Part shown: positions 18,085 through 27,486 of the stretch, in pieces
How positions within the stretch are numbered: position 1 is the stretch's first letter
Layout: every line of letters begins with the position of its first letter
Origin: an uncultured Acidobacteriaceae bacterium
GTDB taxonomy: Bacteria > Acidobacteriota > Terriglobia > Acidiferrales > UBA7541
Reading direction: 5' to 3'
DNA: 37,053 nucleotides
Assembly: GCA_964405585.1 (NCBI GenBank)
Contig: CAYOOS010000003.1
Span: forward strand, 1 to 37,053
Notes under the pieces: model-generated
Database searches by the model: none
Told to the model about the DNA's origin: nothing
The model's input: the letters and a program-made list of their open reading frames with translations, nothing else
Made by a program: the position numbers and the translations under genes

Positions 18085-18666
18085 CTACAGCGAACCGCGC
18101 AAGCCGAGGGCGTCCGCGTGTTCCCTCAGTGCCTCTATGCAGAAGCCGATATGTTCCTCCAGGGGAACGTCGAGTTCGGCCGCGCCCTTGATGACGTCTT
18201 CGCGGCTCACCCCACGTGCGAACGCCTTGTCCTTCATGCGTTTTTTCACCGAATTCACTTCCAGATCAAGGATGCTCTTCGACGGTCGAACATAGGCGCA
18301 GGCAGTCAGGAAGCCCGCCAGTTCATCACAAGCGAATAGTGTATGTTCAAGCAGCGACTCGCGGGTCACGCCGGTATAATCCGCGTGCGAAAGTATCGCG
18401 CGAATCATCTCTTCCGGATAATGATGCGCGCGGAGGATTTTGGCGCCCTCGGAAGGATGTTCGCGATCCGCCGAATGTTCGCTGTTGGGCCAACGCTCGT
18501 AATCAAAATCGTGCAACAACGCCGCGATGCTCCACAGCTCCTGGTCGGCATTGTACTTCTTGGCGTAAGCGTGCACGCAAGCTTCGACCGCCAGCATATG
18601 CTTACGCAGACTTTCCGATTGCGTGTACTCGCACAGGAGATTCCAGGCGTCTTCTCGAGTCGGCAT
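18085..18666 (-). CDS. HD/HDIG-domain metal-dependent phosphohydrolase
   Basis: LRKHMLAVE, LLHDFDYE, AILSHAD, ACDELAG and KKRMKDKAFARGV; GGAGG RBS before the ATG at 18666. Confidence 0.93.
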   Translation of the reverse strand: MPTREDAWNLLCEYTQSESLRKHMLAVEACVHAYAKKYNADQELWSIAALLHDFDYERWPNSEHSADREHPSEGAKILRAHHYPEEMIRAILSHADYTGVTRESLLEHTLFACDELAGFLTACAYVRPSKSILDLEVNSVKKRMKDKAFARGVSREDVIKGAAELDVPLEEHIGFCIEALREHADALGLRGSL

Positions 18667-18875
18667 CAGGGGGCTACCTCCGAAAGAAGGGATAGCATAC
18701 CCAAAATGGGACCGGAATGTGACGAATTGAAAAGCAGATGTGGAAGACAGGCAAAGCACTACATATAGTTGTATCACGCTGTCACGAACCCAAGGGGCTG
18801 AGGATTCCCCCGCGACCCGTACGGCCGTACAGGCGAAAACATGGCGTAAACACCGGCGATTTCGGCTGTTCCCCG

Positions 18876-18926
18876 TATAATTTTTTAAAAATACTCTTGA
18901 CACCGAATATCAATCCGAGCCACACT
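18876..18926 (+). promoter_or_regulatory. Candidate sigma70 promoter with AT-rich UP-like element for the XRE regulator
   Basis: TATAATTTTTTAAAAATA tract, a perfect TTGACA (18897-18902), 18-nt spacer, CACACT (18921-18926). Confidence 0.55.
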
Positions 18927-19022
18927 CCCATCGCGCCAGTAACTGCCTTCCCCCCCAAGAACGTTCCGACGTTCCCTACCTATCCGCACGCCGGAAGCAA
19001 ACAAGTCAAACGAGGAGTTCCG

Positions 19023-19778
19023 GTGTCGGCACATATGGAAAAAGAAGCGACGTTGAATTCATTGGAAATGGATCGCGAAGTCATACGCTGCAAGACGTGT
19101 GGACTGGTCCAATACCGGACGCGCACCGGCAATTGCCGTCGCTGTGTGCGCGCGCTGCCTCAGCGGATGGAATATCTCATCCCGCAAGAGGCTCCGCAGG
19201 AGCTGGAAGCTGCGGAGGTGCTCACGCCGAAGTTCCCGAATCAAGAGACGGTCGAGAATATCGGCCAACGGATTCGGCAACTCCGGGAATCTCGAGCTAT
19301 GACGCAGAGCCAGCTTCAGGCGCGCTCCAAGGTCAGCCGCTCATACCTTTCCCGTATTGAGAGCGGTCAGATGACCCCCAGCCTCGGCACACTCGAGAAA
19401 ATCTCGGAAGCGCTGAATGTGGGCCTGAACCGGTTCTTCATACCGGAGTCCGACGGCGAGGCGCTACTCGAAGATCCTTTCATCCAGGGACTGCGGCCGT
19501 TCTTGCGCCAATTGGATTGGGAACAATGGCAGTCCATTCTCAAGAGGTTGCAGGCCATCAGCGACCACGTGAATGCCGCTCCGATCACTCTCCGCCCTAT
19601 CGGTAACCCGGCACGGCTACCGCAGCCCGCGCCGGCGAATGGCAACGGGCAGCTCGGGCACATTGGACACGCCAGCCATTCGAATGGGCTCGTTCCCGCG
19701 CAAGCCCATGGTCAGCCGCAGGGCTATCCGCTGCGGCGTCCGGGAATGCCGGTTTTTCAACGCCCCTTGGCGCGTTAG
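19023..19778 (+). CDS. XRE-family HTH regulator with N-terminal zinc ribbon
   Basis: GAGGAG RBS before GTG 19023 (ATG 19035 is an alternative). CKTC-X11-CRRC, then IGQRIRQLRESRAMTQSQLQARSKVSRSYLSRIESGQMTPSLGTLEKISEAL. Confidence 0.9.
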   Translation: MSAHMEKEATLNSLEMDREVIRCKTCGLVQYRTRTGNCRRCVRALPQRMEYLIPQEAPQELEAAEVLTPKFPNQETVENIGQRIRQLRESRAMTQSQLQARSKVSRSYLSRIESGQMTPSLGTLEKISEALNVGLNRFFIPESDGEALLEDPFIQGLRPFLRQLDWEQWQSILKRLQAISDHVNAAPITLRPIGNPARLPQPAPANGNGQLGHIGHASHSNGLVPAQAHGQPQGYPLRRPGMPVFQRPLAR

Positions 19779-19807
19779 GAAAAATCCTGTAATTGGTTTC
19801 TTACATT

Positions 19808-19848
19808 GACGGCGCTCCGCACGAGCCGGGGCGCCGTCTTTGTGTTTT
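19808..19848 (+). terminator. Rho-independent terminator between convergent genes
   Basis: GACGGCGCTCCG / CGGGGCGCCGTC 12-bp stem (one G-U) followed by TTTGTGTTTT. Confidence 0.85.
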
Positions 19849-19868
19849 GCGGGCCGAACGGCTGCGAA

Positions 19869-20594
19869 TTACTCGCGCACCACAACGACCTTCGCGGAAG
19901 GCACTTCCAGGCGCATCAGCCGGTGGTTCGTGTCGAGGTACAGCATAATCTCCAGGTCTGACGTATTCACCTTGAGCCCCTCGTAGGTCTTCCCATCGGC
20001 GTTCACGGCCCCGGCCCAATCCACGGTGATCGTCCCGGGCGTGAGTTCCTGGGGAATGAGCACCGAAAACGTCTGCGAGCCACGACGGGACCAATCGTAA
20101 AGCCGCGCGAGCACGGCATATTGATAGTAAAGATTGTTGTCCAGAACCGCGATGAGCGGAGAAGCGAAGGAGATGTCCTGTTCAAAAGGGCGCGCGCCCT
20201 GCATCTGCAGAGTGATCTTGGCAACTCCGTTCGCGAAAAGGATGTGCGCGGCATTATTTTTTTCGGCTTGTGAAGACCAGTCATAACTAATCGGAGCCCC
20301 GCTGGGCTGCAGCATGAGCGTCCCTGTCACCGTGGACGAAGCGCCCTGGGGTGGATTGAATTTTGTGGAGCCCTTGGCTGTCCAACCTCCTCCAGACGAT
20401 ACGATTTCAAAATCCTCGCGCCCCACAGACTTGCCATCAAGCAAAATGTTGAGTTTTCCTTTGTCCGGCGCCAAGATGCTGCCAGCGGCCCCCTTTTTCT
20501 GCGCGCCATGCGTCGCCACGCCAAACGCAAAAAACAAGAGAAGAAGTGCACTGGAGATGGCCGGCGATTTCCGCCTCGTTGAATCTCTCTGCAT
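19869..20594 (-). CDS. Hypothetical exported beta-strand-rich protein
   Basis: GAGGGGG RBS, signal peptide (LLLLFFAFGVATHGA), last gene of the minus-strand operon. Confidence 0.85.
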   Translation of the reverse strand: MQRDSTRRKSPAISSALLLLFFAFGVATHGAQKKGAAGSILAPDKGKLNILLDGKSVGREDFEIVSSGGGWTAKGSTKFNPPQGASSTVTGTLMLQPSGAPISYDWSSQAEKNNAAHILFANGVAKITLQMQGARPFEQDISFASPLIAVLDNNLYYQYAVLARLYDWSRRGSQTFSVLIPQELTPGTITVDWAGAVNADGKTYEGLKVNTSDLEIMLYLDTNHRLMRLEVPSAKVVVVRE

Positions 20595-20604
20595 AGTGTC
20601 CCCC

Positions 20605-21228
20605 TCAGGACTCCCCCGGGCCTTCTACGGCTAGGTGCTCATCCGGAAGCTGCTCGGTGACCCAGGCTATGCCGCGGCGCAAAATTTCGCCGACCACGGT
20701 GGCGGGATCGCCGGAACTTTCAACCCTGAAATCTGCAAGCTGATAGGAAGGAAGGCGCTGGGCGTAAAGCGCGCGAAAACTGGTTTCGTCGCGAAACAGC
20801 GGCCTCCCCGTCATCGTCGTGCAACGCGACAGCAAAACTTCGATGGGGGTATCTAACCAAATGACCGGTATGCCGGCGTTGCGCAAAAATTCTGGCGCTC
20901 CGGCTTGCGCGTACGTACCCCCTCCGAGCGCCACAATCGTGGGTTCTTGACGCTCCACGGCCCGGCCCAGCGCGCCGCGCAGTTGATCCGCTTCCAATTG
21001 ACGGAACGCGGGCTCCCCATGGCGTTCAAAAAACTCCGGTATTGTAATCCCCGCCATTTCTTCGATCTTTTCATCAAGGTCCACGAACCGCCAGCCAAGT
21101 TGTTTTGCGAGGCGCGCTCCTACCGTACTTTTGCCGGAACCCATGAACCCGGCGAGGCAAAGAATTGGTGTGCGTGGTGGCGCACTGCGAGCGATTGGAG
21201 GTGAATTCACAATTCCGGAAAGCGCCAA
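20605..21228 (-). CDS. aroK: Shikimate kinase
   Basis: GFMGSGKSTVG P-loop, FVDLD, GEPAFRQLE, ALGGG, RPLF and R-x-x-x-Y. Exact start uncertain. Confidence 0.93.
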   Translation of the reverse strand: MALSGIVNSPPIARSAPPRTPILCLAGFMGSGKSTVGARLAKQLGWRFVDLDEKIEEMAGITIPEFFERHGEPAFRQLEADQLRGALGRAVERQEPTIVALGGGTYAQAGAPEFLRNAGIPVIWLDTPIEVLLSRCTTMTGRPLFRDETSFRALYAQRLPSYQLADFRVESSGDPATVVGEILRRGIAWVTEQLPDEHLAVEGPGES

Positions 21229-22113
21229 CTAATCGCGCTTCAGAATTCGAATTGTACCACTGTAGGAAGAGAGTTCGACCTTGGCCAGCCCTTGACCCAC
21301 CGTACCAAACAACGCATGGCTGAACCTCCCGCCGGAGTGGTGCGAGCCGTGCGTGTCCGGTTTCAGGAATGCAGCGGCCTGGTTGTCCACGTGGCCCAGA
21401 AGCGTCTGCGCTTTCAGATCGAACGAATCATTGCCAGAGAAGCGAACTTCCACCAGCCCTCTGCCGCTGTTCATGCTGTACATCCCCGTGTGCATAAAAT
21501 CCCCGTCGTACAGGATGTTGCCGGTCGTGGTCATCGCATTGAGGCTGGTGAGAGACGGCTGGAGGATTTGCGCGTTGCCGCTGATGGAGGTGAACTCCAG
21601 CTTTCCGGCGCATTGCGTGCAGACCAGCGTGCCCCCTGTCGTCTTCACGATGATGTAGCCGGAGACTTCCTTAAGATGTACGTCGCCCGCGACGCTCTGC
21701 AGCTTCATGTCGCCGCTGACCTGCTCGACGTAGATGAGCCCGGTCTGCGTGCGCAACTGCAATTCGGTTTTCTCTGGAACCGTCAACTGGAAATCGGCTT
21801 CGGCTTCGTTGGGATCGGAGCTGGGCTCCAGGGAATTGGCGTTGATTTCGATGCGATCGCCCACTTGCTCGATGTCGATGCCCACTTTTCCGGGCGCCGA
21901 GGTGCTGCTCACCACAACCTCGGAATTCTTCCAGGACTTCACCTCGATGCGCCCGTTCACGATGTTCTGCAGCACCACAAAGGGGTGGTCCTTCACCGTG
22001 AAATGACGTTCCTGGTGCTCGGGACTCGCGCCCCAAATAGGCGCGGCTGCACAAACCAGCAGGCCCACACCCAACGCTGAAAACGCAATCTGTCGAATTC
22101 CCCGTGACTGCAT
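21229..22113 (-). CDS. DUF4097-like beta-strand repeat exported protein
   Basis: Signal peptide, LTVP motif, repeated T/S-x-x-G-x-I/V units (TQTGLI, SVAGDV, TTGGTL, SISGNA, TTTGNI, SYSGTIRI). Confidence 0.85.
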   Translation of the reverse strand: MQSRGIRQIAFSALGVGLLVCAAAPIWGASPEHQERHFTVKDHPFVVLQNIVNGRIEVKSWKNSEVVVSSTSAPGKVGIDIEQVGDRIEINANSLEPSSDPNEAEADFQLTVPEKTELQLRTQTGLIYVEQVSGDMKLQSVAGDVHLKEVSGYIIVKTTGGTLVCTQCAGKLEFTSISGNAQILQPSLTSLNAMTTTGNILYDGDFMHTGMYSMNSGRGLVEVRFSGNDSFDLKAQTLLGHVDNQAAAFLKPDTHGSHHSGGRFSHALFGTVGQGLAKVELSSYSGTIRILKRD

Positions 22114-22114
22114 A

Positions 22115-22852
22115 TTAGTGCTCGCTCCCTCCGCTATCCATCATAGCGGCCAACAATTCTGCTTTTTGCTGATAAGCGCTTTCCAGATATTCACGGGCCA
22201 AGTCGTCCTCGGGATGTTGCTTTAAATGCTGCTGGCATTCAGCAATAAATTCGTTCACGGTGCGGAGGTTGTCCCGCAGCGATGCATCCACCGTGGAATT
22301 TCCGGCAAGCTGCATATTTGGGACTGCAAGTTCTGCCTGATTCAAGACCAATCCGCCGTTCGCCATGGCCTCCTCGGTTGGCGAAGGACGCGGCGTCACC
22401 GCGGAGTTATGTGTACCCACGATCGCAGGAGGAACCACGGAAGGGACAACTGGCGATACTGTGCTTGAATTGGAAATCACCAAGGGAGTTTGGCTCACGG
22501 GCTTCTGTGACAAAAAAACAGCAGTGACAAGCAGGACGATACCCGCCGCCGCAGTCGCCAATGTCCGCAGCCTGAACCACGCTCCAATGCTCTGCCACCA
22601 CTCCGTAGCCGGTGCCAGTCTTGCTTCCTCTTTGATTACGCCTTCGGCGGTCAATTGCGCCCGCAAAGAAACCCACAAACGCTCCGGAGGATTCGCTTCC
22701 GCGGGTAGTTCCTGGGCCAGCGAGTGAATCGCGGTGAAATCCGCAATCAACCCTTGGCAAGCCATACACTCCGCCAGGTGCGCTCGCGCCGCCGGCGGCA
22801 ACGGTGTCAGTCCTTCTTGTTCCAGAACCGCTTCTAATTCTCTACACTGCAT
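22115..22852 (-). CDS. Zinc-binding anti-sigma factor (ZAS), single TM
   Basis: N-terminal C plus HLAECMAC (Hx3Cx2C), one TM helix, located downstream of the ECF sigma gene. Confidence 0.88.
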   Translation of the reverse strand: MQCRELEAVLEQEGLTPLPPAARAHLAECMACQGLIADFTAIHSLAQELPAEANPPERLWVSLRAQLTAEGVIKEEARLAPATEWWQSIGAWFRLRTLATAAAGIVLLVTAVFLSQKPVSQTPLVISNSSTVSPVVPSVVPPAIVGTHNSAVTPRPSPTEEAMANGGLVLNQAELAVPNMQLAGNSTVDASLRDNLRTVNEFIAECQQHLKQHPEDDLAREYLESAYQQKAELLAAMMDSGGSEH

Positions 22853-22952
22853 ACTTCCAACCCCACTGGGAAAGGCATCGGTCGCCCCTCCCTGAAAAAC
22901 CCTTGTACGAATTCTCTGCGCCCCGGGACTTCCTGAGAATCTTCATGTTAGC

Positions 22953-23687
22953 TCAACCCTCAGAGCCCGTATGGGATTTTGCCGCCTGCCGTTCCTGTCG
23001 CGCCTGGGCCCGGACCTCTTCCTGGAGTAACTCGCGAAGTCGCGTTCGTGCTTTGTGCAACTGCGACTTTGAATTCCCCACGGAGCAACCCATGATGCCC
23101 GCGATCTCATTGTGTTCGAAGCCCTGGACATCGTGAAGAACGAACACCGTCTTGTACCCTGGAGGCAACTTCTCAACCGATCGTTCGAGGTTCACCCTGT
23201 CCACTGCGCCGGACAATCGCAAATCGGCCGCTCCGACATCCCGCTTCGGCCCGCTGTTTTCGGCGTCCGGATCCACCGTCTCTTCCAGCGAATCGGTCGG
23301 CAGCGTCTTTTTCCGCAGCCGCATCAGCACCACGTTTACCGTCATGCGATGCAACCACGTCGAAAAGGCCGATTCACCTCGAAACGTGCTGATCTTCCGA
23401 AAGAGCTGCAGGAATGCCTCTTGCGCAAGATCTTCCGCATCCGCCGGGTTACTGACCATCCGCAAGCACAAGGCATACACCCTGCGGCTGTGCATTTGGT
23501 ACAGAAACTCAAAAGCAGCTGCATCTCCGGATTGCGCGCGGCGGATGGCCTCCGCCTCGGTCCACGCTACCGGCTCGGTTGGTCGTTGTCGGGCCAACTG
23601 TGCAATAGCGGCGCTTCTACCCCTTCGGATGCGCCGAATCCCTCCAAGAGTTGTACCCGGGATGATGGTGGTTGCGCACATATGCAC
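22953..23687 (-). CDS. ECF RNA polymerase sigma factor
   Basis: Region 2 (AEDLAQEAFLQLFRKISTFRGESAFSTWLHRMTVN) and region 4 (LPPGYKTVFVLHDVQGFEHNEIAGIMGCSVGNSKSQLHKAR). The true start may lie downstream, e.g. TTG at 23597. Confidence 0.95.
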   Translation of the reverse strand: MHMCATTIIPGTTLGGIRRIRRGRSAAIAQLARQRPTEPVAWTEAEAIRRAQSGDAAAFEFLYQMHSRRVYALCLRMVSNPADAEDLAQEAFLQLFRKISTFRGESAFSTWLHRMTVNVVLMRLRKKTLPTDSLEETVDPDAENSGPKRDVGAADLRLSGAVDRVNLERSVEKLPPGYKTVFVLHDVQGFEHNEIAGIMGCSVGNSKSQLHKARTRLRELLQEEVRAQARQERQAAKSHTGSEG

Positions 23688-23749
23688 GAGTAGGAGGCCG
23701 AAAGCCCTCCGCGGGTTGCATGAGGCGCGGCCACATCCGCAGGTCGTGC

Positions 23750-24472
23750 CTATTGTCCCTTGATCGTGGCCATCCGTCTATGGACAAGATAGCGCGCCTT
23801 GGCAGGAACATATCCCTCCGCGGCCGCGATTTGCTCCTGCACCGTGGACAGGAACTCCTGGAGTTGGTTTTCCGGCAGGGCATGGAGGAAAGACTTGAAC
23901 AGGACAACCGTCTCCCGCAGACATGTATTCAGATCGTAATGAGAGGCATCGAGTATCTCCCATTCGCCATCCGGGTGCACGGGGTCACCCCCGAAAATCT
24001 CCTCCGAAGAAGCCTGGAATTTACTCGTCAGTTCCTCGACCAGCTCGGTCAGCGTGGAGATCTTATGCAGAAACTGCGATCGCCGGGTCAACAGCACCTT
24101 GCTGAACACATTGTTGAACCGCGCGACTCGCTGGCTGCGCGCGCTCTGAAAATTCTGCGGATCCAGGGAAGCCAGATTGGGCGCGGTGTTGGAATGCCGC
24201 GCATGTACTAGCATCGCGCGAAGAAGGCTGATCAAAGGCGCGCTCAATCTCTGGCATAGCGCCGATGACACGCTCAATACTTGCTGTGCCTTGGCGATAC
24301 GGCCATAGCTTCGCAGGCCCAGCGCTTCATCCAAATTGACACTTAATATGGCGTACGAAGTTTCAAGCCGGTGAAGAATGTGCATATAGACATGCGACTT
24401 GTCTTTGGAGAGAGGGGTTCTCCAATCTTGAGACACTGAGCCCTTGCGCACAGTAGGAATGTGGGGCGGCAC
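23750..24472 (-). CDS. Hypothetical all-helical protein upstream of the ECF sigma
   Basis: GGAGG RBS 6 nt before GTG 24472; amphipathic helical composition; fills the gap on the operon strand. Confidence 0.75.
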   Translation of the reverse strand: MPPHIPTVRKGSVSQDWRTPLSKDKSHVYMHILHRLETSYAILSVNLDEALGLRSYGRIAKAQQVLSVSSALCQRLSAPLISLLRAMLVHARHSNTAPNLASLDPQNFQSARSQRVARFNNVFSKVLLTRRSQFLHKISTLTELVEELTSKFQASSEEIFGGDPVHPDGEWEILDASHYDLNTCLRETVVLFKSFLHALPENQLQEFLSTVQEQIAAAEGYVPAKARYLVHRRMATIKGQ

Positions 24473-24500
24473 AGGAAACCTCCGAGGAGCGATTATGAGG

Positions 24501-24509
24501 AGTGTACCA
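24501..24509 (-). promoter_or_regulatory. Extended -10 element (TGGTACACT) heading the ECF operon
   Basis: TGnTANNNT match with an AT-rich upstream tract, 29 nt upstream of GTG 24472. Confidence 0.5.
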
Positions 24510-24617
24510 AATAGATTAGAAAATAGTAACAATTCTTACTTATTCGATTTTGTGCACTTCCCCCCGCAGCCCCCGACCTCTGGTAAGTTCTGCCAGCCAA
24601 GAAGCAGTGAGGATTCC

Positions 24618-24646
24618 TTGCCCTCCTCAGGCACCGCCTTTATACT
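24618..24646 (+). promoter_or_regulatory. sigma70-type promoter for lysS
   Basis: TTGCCC, 17-nt spacer, TATACT. Confidence 0.65.
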
Positions 24647-24681
24647 CCCAATACTACCGTTTGGAAAGGAAAGCCGCACCA

Positions 24682-26244
24682 TTGGAATTCGAGCCGCGGG
24701 ATCAATTCGAGCAACGCCTGAAGAAGTTAGAACAGATACAAGCCCTTGGCCATGAAGCATTTCCAAGGGAATTCCGCTGGACGGACAGTCCCGTGGATCT
24801 GGTCAAGGCCTATGCGGATGTGCAAGGGCCCGAGCTGGAGGCAAACCGCAAGGATGTACGCGTTGCCGGGAGAATCGTCTCCTACCGCCTGATGGGGAAG
24901 GCCGGCTTTGCCCACCTGCAGGGCGGCGGCAAGCGCATTCAGATCTATGTCAGGAAAGACGTGCTGGGGGATCAGGGCTTCCAGTTATTTCACCTGCTGG
25001 ACCTCGGGGACCACATCGGTGTTCGTGGTCATTTGTTCCGTACAAAAACCGGTGAATTGTCCATCTGGGTTGATGAGTTGTTCTTTCTCTCTAAGGCACT
25101 GCTGCCCTTGCCGGAAAAATGGCACGGCCTTTCAGACATCGAGTTGCGCTACCGCCAGCGTTATCTGGACCTCATCGTAAGCGAGAAGTCGCGCGAAGTG
25201 TACCAGACTCGCGCCCGTATCATCCGGGAACTCCGGCAGTTCTTCGATGGCCGCGGCTACATCGAAGTGGAAACGCCCATGATGCACCCAATCGCGGGCG
25301 GAGCGACGGCTCGGCCGTTCATCACCCATCACAACACCCTGGACATTGATCTGTATCTGCGCATTGCTCCGGAGCTCTATTTGAAACGATTGACCGTCGG
25401 CGGCTTCGACCGCGTCTACGAAATCAATCGCAACTTCCGCAACGAGGGCATCTCCACCCAACATAATCCCGAATTCACTATGCTTGAGTTTTATCAGGCC
25501 TACAGCAACTACCAGGACTTGATGGAACTCAACGAACAATTGTTCCCACAGATTGCCAGGAACATAACTGGTTCGCCGGTAGTGCGCTTCGGCGAGCACG
25601 ACTTGGACTTCGGGAAATTCACGCGGCTTACCATGCGCGAAGCCATCGTCAAGTACTGGCCATCCGGAGCCGGAGCGCCACCCACAAGCGAAGAACTGGC
25701 CGCACCAGGCGGGGCGCCCAAGGCAGCGGAAAGGTACAATGTCTGGGCCAAGGCCAACCACGCGGAATATGCGGCGACGAAGGGACATCTGTCGGATGGC
25801 CAGTGGACAGGTCTGCTGTTTGAGACCATTGCTGAAGACAAGCTGATTCAGCCAACGATTTTGTACGACTACCCCACGGATATTTCTCCTTTGTCGAAAC
25901 AAAAGAAGGACGACCCTTCTCTGACCGAGCGATTTGAAATTTACGCCGCAGGCATGGAAATCGGCAACGGCTTCTCCGAACTCAATGATCCCGCGGAGCA
26001 GGAGCGCAGGTTTCTCGCGCAGATTGCTCATGGCGGAGACGAAGTTCCAAAGCAGCTCGATCTGGACTACATCCGTGCCCTCTGCCACGGCATGCCCCCA
26101 ACCGCCGGGGAAGGCATCGGCATTGACCGCTTGACCATGCTCCTCACCGATTCCCACTCCGTTCGTGACGTTATCCTCTTCCCACTGCTCCGCCCCGAAG
26201 CGCATCCTGACCACCAGGCCGCTCCGCAAGGCCCTAAGGCGTAG
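24682..26244 (+). CDS. lysS: Lysine--tRNA ligase (class II)
   Basis: RLMGKAGFAHL, RYRQRYLDL, YLRIAPELYLKRL, RNFRNEGIS, HNPEFTMLEFY and GMPPTAGEGIGIDRL. TTG start after the AGGA RBS. Confidence 0.98.
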   Translation: MEFEPRDQFEQRLKKLEQIQALGHEAFPREFRWTDSPVDLVKAYADVQGPELEANRKDVRVAGRIVSYRLMGKAGFAHLQGGGKRIQIYVRKDVLGDQGFQLFHLLDLGDHIGVRGHLFRTKTGELSIWVDELFFLSKALLPLPEKWHGLSDIELRYRQRYLDLIVSEKSREVYQTRARIIRELRQFFDGRGYIEVETPMMHPIAGGATARPFITHHNTLDIDLYLRIAPELYLKRLTVGGFDRVYEINRNFRNEGISTQHNPEFTMLEFYQAYSNYQDLMELNEQLFPQIARNITGSPVVRFGEHDLDFGKFTRLTMREAIVKYWPSGAGAPPTSEELAAPGGAPKAAERYNVWAKANHAEYAATKGHLSDGQWTGLLFETIAEDKLIQPTILYDYPTDISPLSKQKKDDPSLTERFEIYAAGMEIGNGFSELNDPAEQERRFLAQIAHGGDEVPKQLDLDYIRALCHGMPPTAGEGIGIDRLTMLLTDSHSVRDVILFPLLRPEAHPDHQAAPQGPKA

Positions 26245-26259
26245 GGGGCTGGCCGCGCC

Positions 26260-27486
26260 ATGCGATTCGAATGGATGGTGGCGCGCCGCTACCTCAGATC
26301 TCCCAATCGACCCACCGTTCTGCGCTTGATCACCTTGTTTTCCGTGCTTGGCGTGGCTGCGGGCGTGGCCACTCTAGTCATCGCGCTGGCCATGAACACG
26401 GGCTTCCGCGAAACGCTTCAGGATCGTCTGCTCGGCGTGACCGCGCACATTTCTCTCACCCGGCCGGGTTCCGGCGGCATTCCCAATTACCAGGCGCTAG
26501 CCCAACAACTCGCTGAAATTCATGGAGTGCGCTCTGTCACCCCGGCCATCTACCAGACCGTACTGCTGTCCTTTGGCGGCGAAGCTCGCGGCATGGTGAC
26601 AAAGGGCATTGATGTCGCGCTCGAGGAAAAGTCCGATGAAGCCCTGCAGAAGCTGTCAGCGGGTCGTCTGGATTTCTCGCCGGACGCCGAAGGCATCGAC
26701 GGGATGCTCATTGGTAAGCAACTCGCCGACGAATGGAAGATGCAGCCGGGCGACTACGTCACGCTGACGAGCCCGCAGGGCAGATTGACGCCATTCGGCT
26801 TGATGCCGCGAACGCGGAGATTCCGCATAACTGGTGTCTTCGATTCGGGATTCTACGATTACGACGAGAACTGGTGCTTCGTGACTCTGCCTGCGGCGCA
26901 ATCGCTCGCCGGAGCCGGAGACATTGTCAACGTCCTGGAATTTCGCCTGACGAACCCGGAAAAAGCCGGCGAGATTGCCCAGACGGCGGAGCACGCAGCC
27001 GGGCAGGGGTTCTCGGCGACTACTTGGATGGACGAAAACCGCGCCCTGTTCCGTGCACTGCGCCTGGAAAAACTGGTCACCGCGATTTTCATGGGTTTGA
27101 TTACGTTTGTGGCGGGTCTGAACATTCTCGTCGTGCTTTCCATGACCGTGACGGATCGCGCGAAAGATATTGCCGTGCTGCTTTCAATGGGAGCGCGCCG
27201 CGAACAGATCCGCCGGATTTTCCTTTACCAGGGAATCGCCATTGGTGCCACGGGAGTTTTTCTCGGACTTCTCATCGGTTACGGCTTCAGTTGGATTGCC
27301 GGGAGTTTTCACCTGATTCCCCTCGATCCCCAGGTCTATGCCGTGCCGTTCGTACCCTTTCGCGCTAGTTTTCTCGACGGACTGTGGATCGCCATCGCTG
27401 CCATGGGCATTGCCATTGTGGCCACATTGCTCCCCGCGAAAGAGGCATCCCGGCTCCTGCCAGTGGAGATTCTTAGGTTTGAATAA
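26260..27486 (+). CDS. lolC: Lipoprotein-releasing ABC transporter permease (LolC/E, FtsX/MacB type)
   Basis: ARRYLRS, TM1, periplasmic domain, W..ENRALFRALRLEK, DIAVLLSMGA and PA..ASRL.PVEILRFE; next to lolD. Confidence 0.9.
   Translation: MRFEWMVARRYLRSPNRPTVLRLITLFSVLGVAAGVATLVIALAMNTGFRETLQDRLLGVTAHISLTRPGSGGIPNYQALAQQLAEIHGVRSVTPAIYQTVLLSFGGEARGMVTKGIDVALEEKSDEALQKLSAGRLDFSPDAEGIDGMLIGKQLADEWKMQPGDYVTLTSPQGRLTPFGLMPRTRRFRITGVFDSGFYDYDENWCFVTLPAAQSLAGAGDIVNVLEFRLTNPEKAGEIAQTAEHAAGQGFSATTWMDENRALFRALRLEKLVTAIFMGLITFVAGLNILVVLSMTVTDRAKDIAVLLSMGARREQIRRIFLYQGIAIGATGVFLGLLIGYGFSWIAGSFHLIPLDPQVYAVPFVPFRASFLDGLWIAIAAMGIAIVATLLPAKEASRLLPVEILRFE

Noticed and set aside
19788-19805. Palindrome TGTAA-N8-TTACA
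   Set aside because: Lies between convergent gene ends next to a terminator, with no promoter to regulate, and is short enough to be chance.
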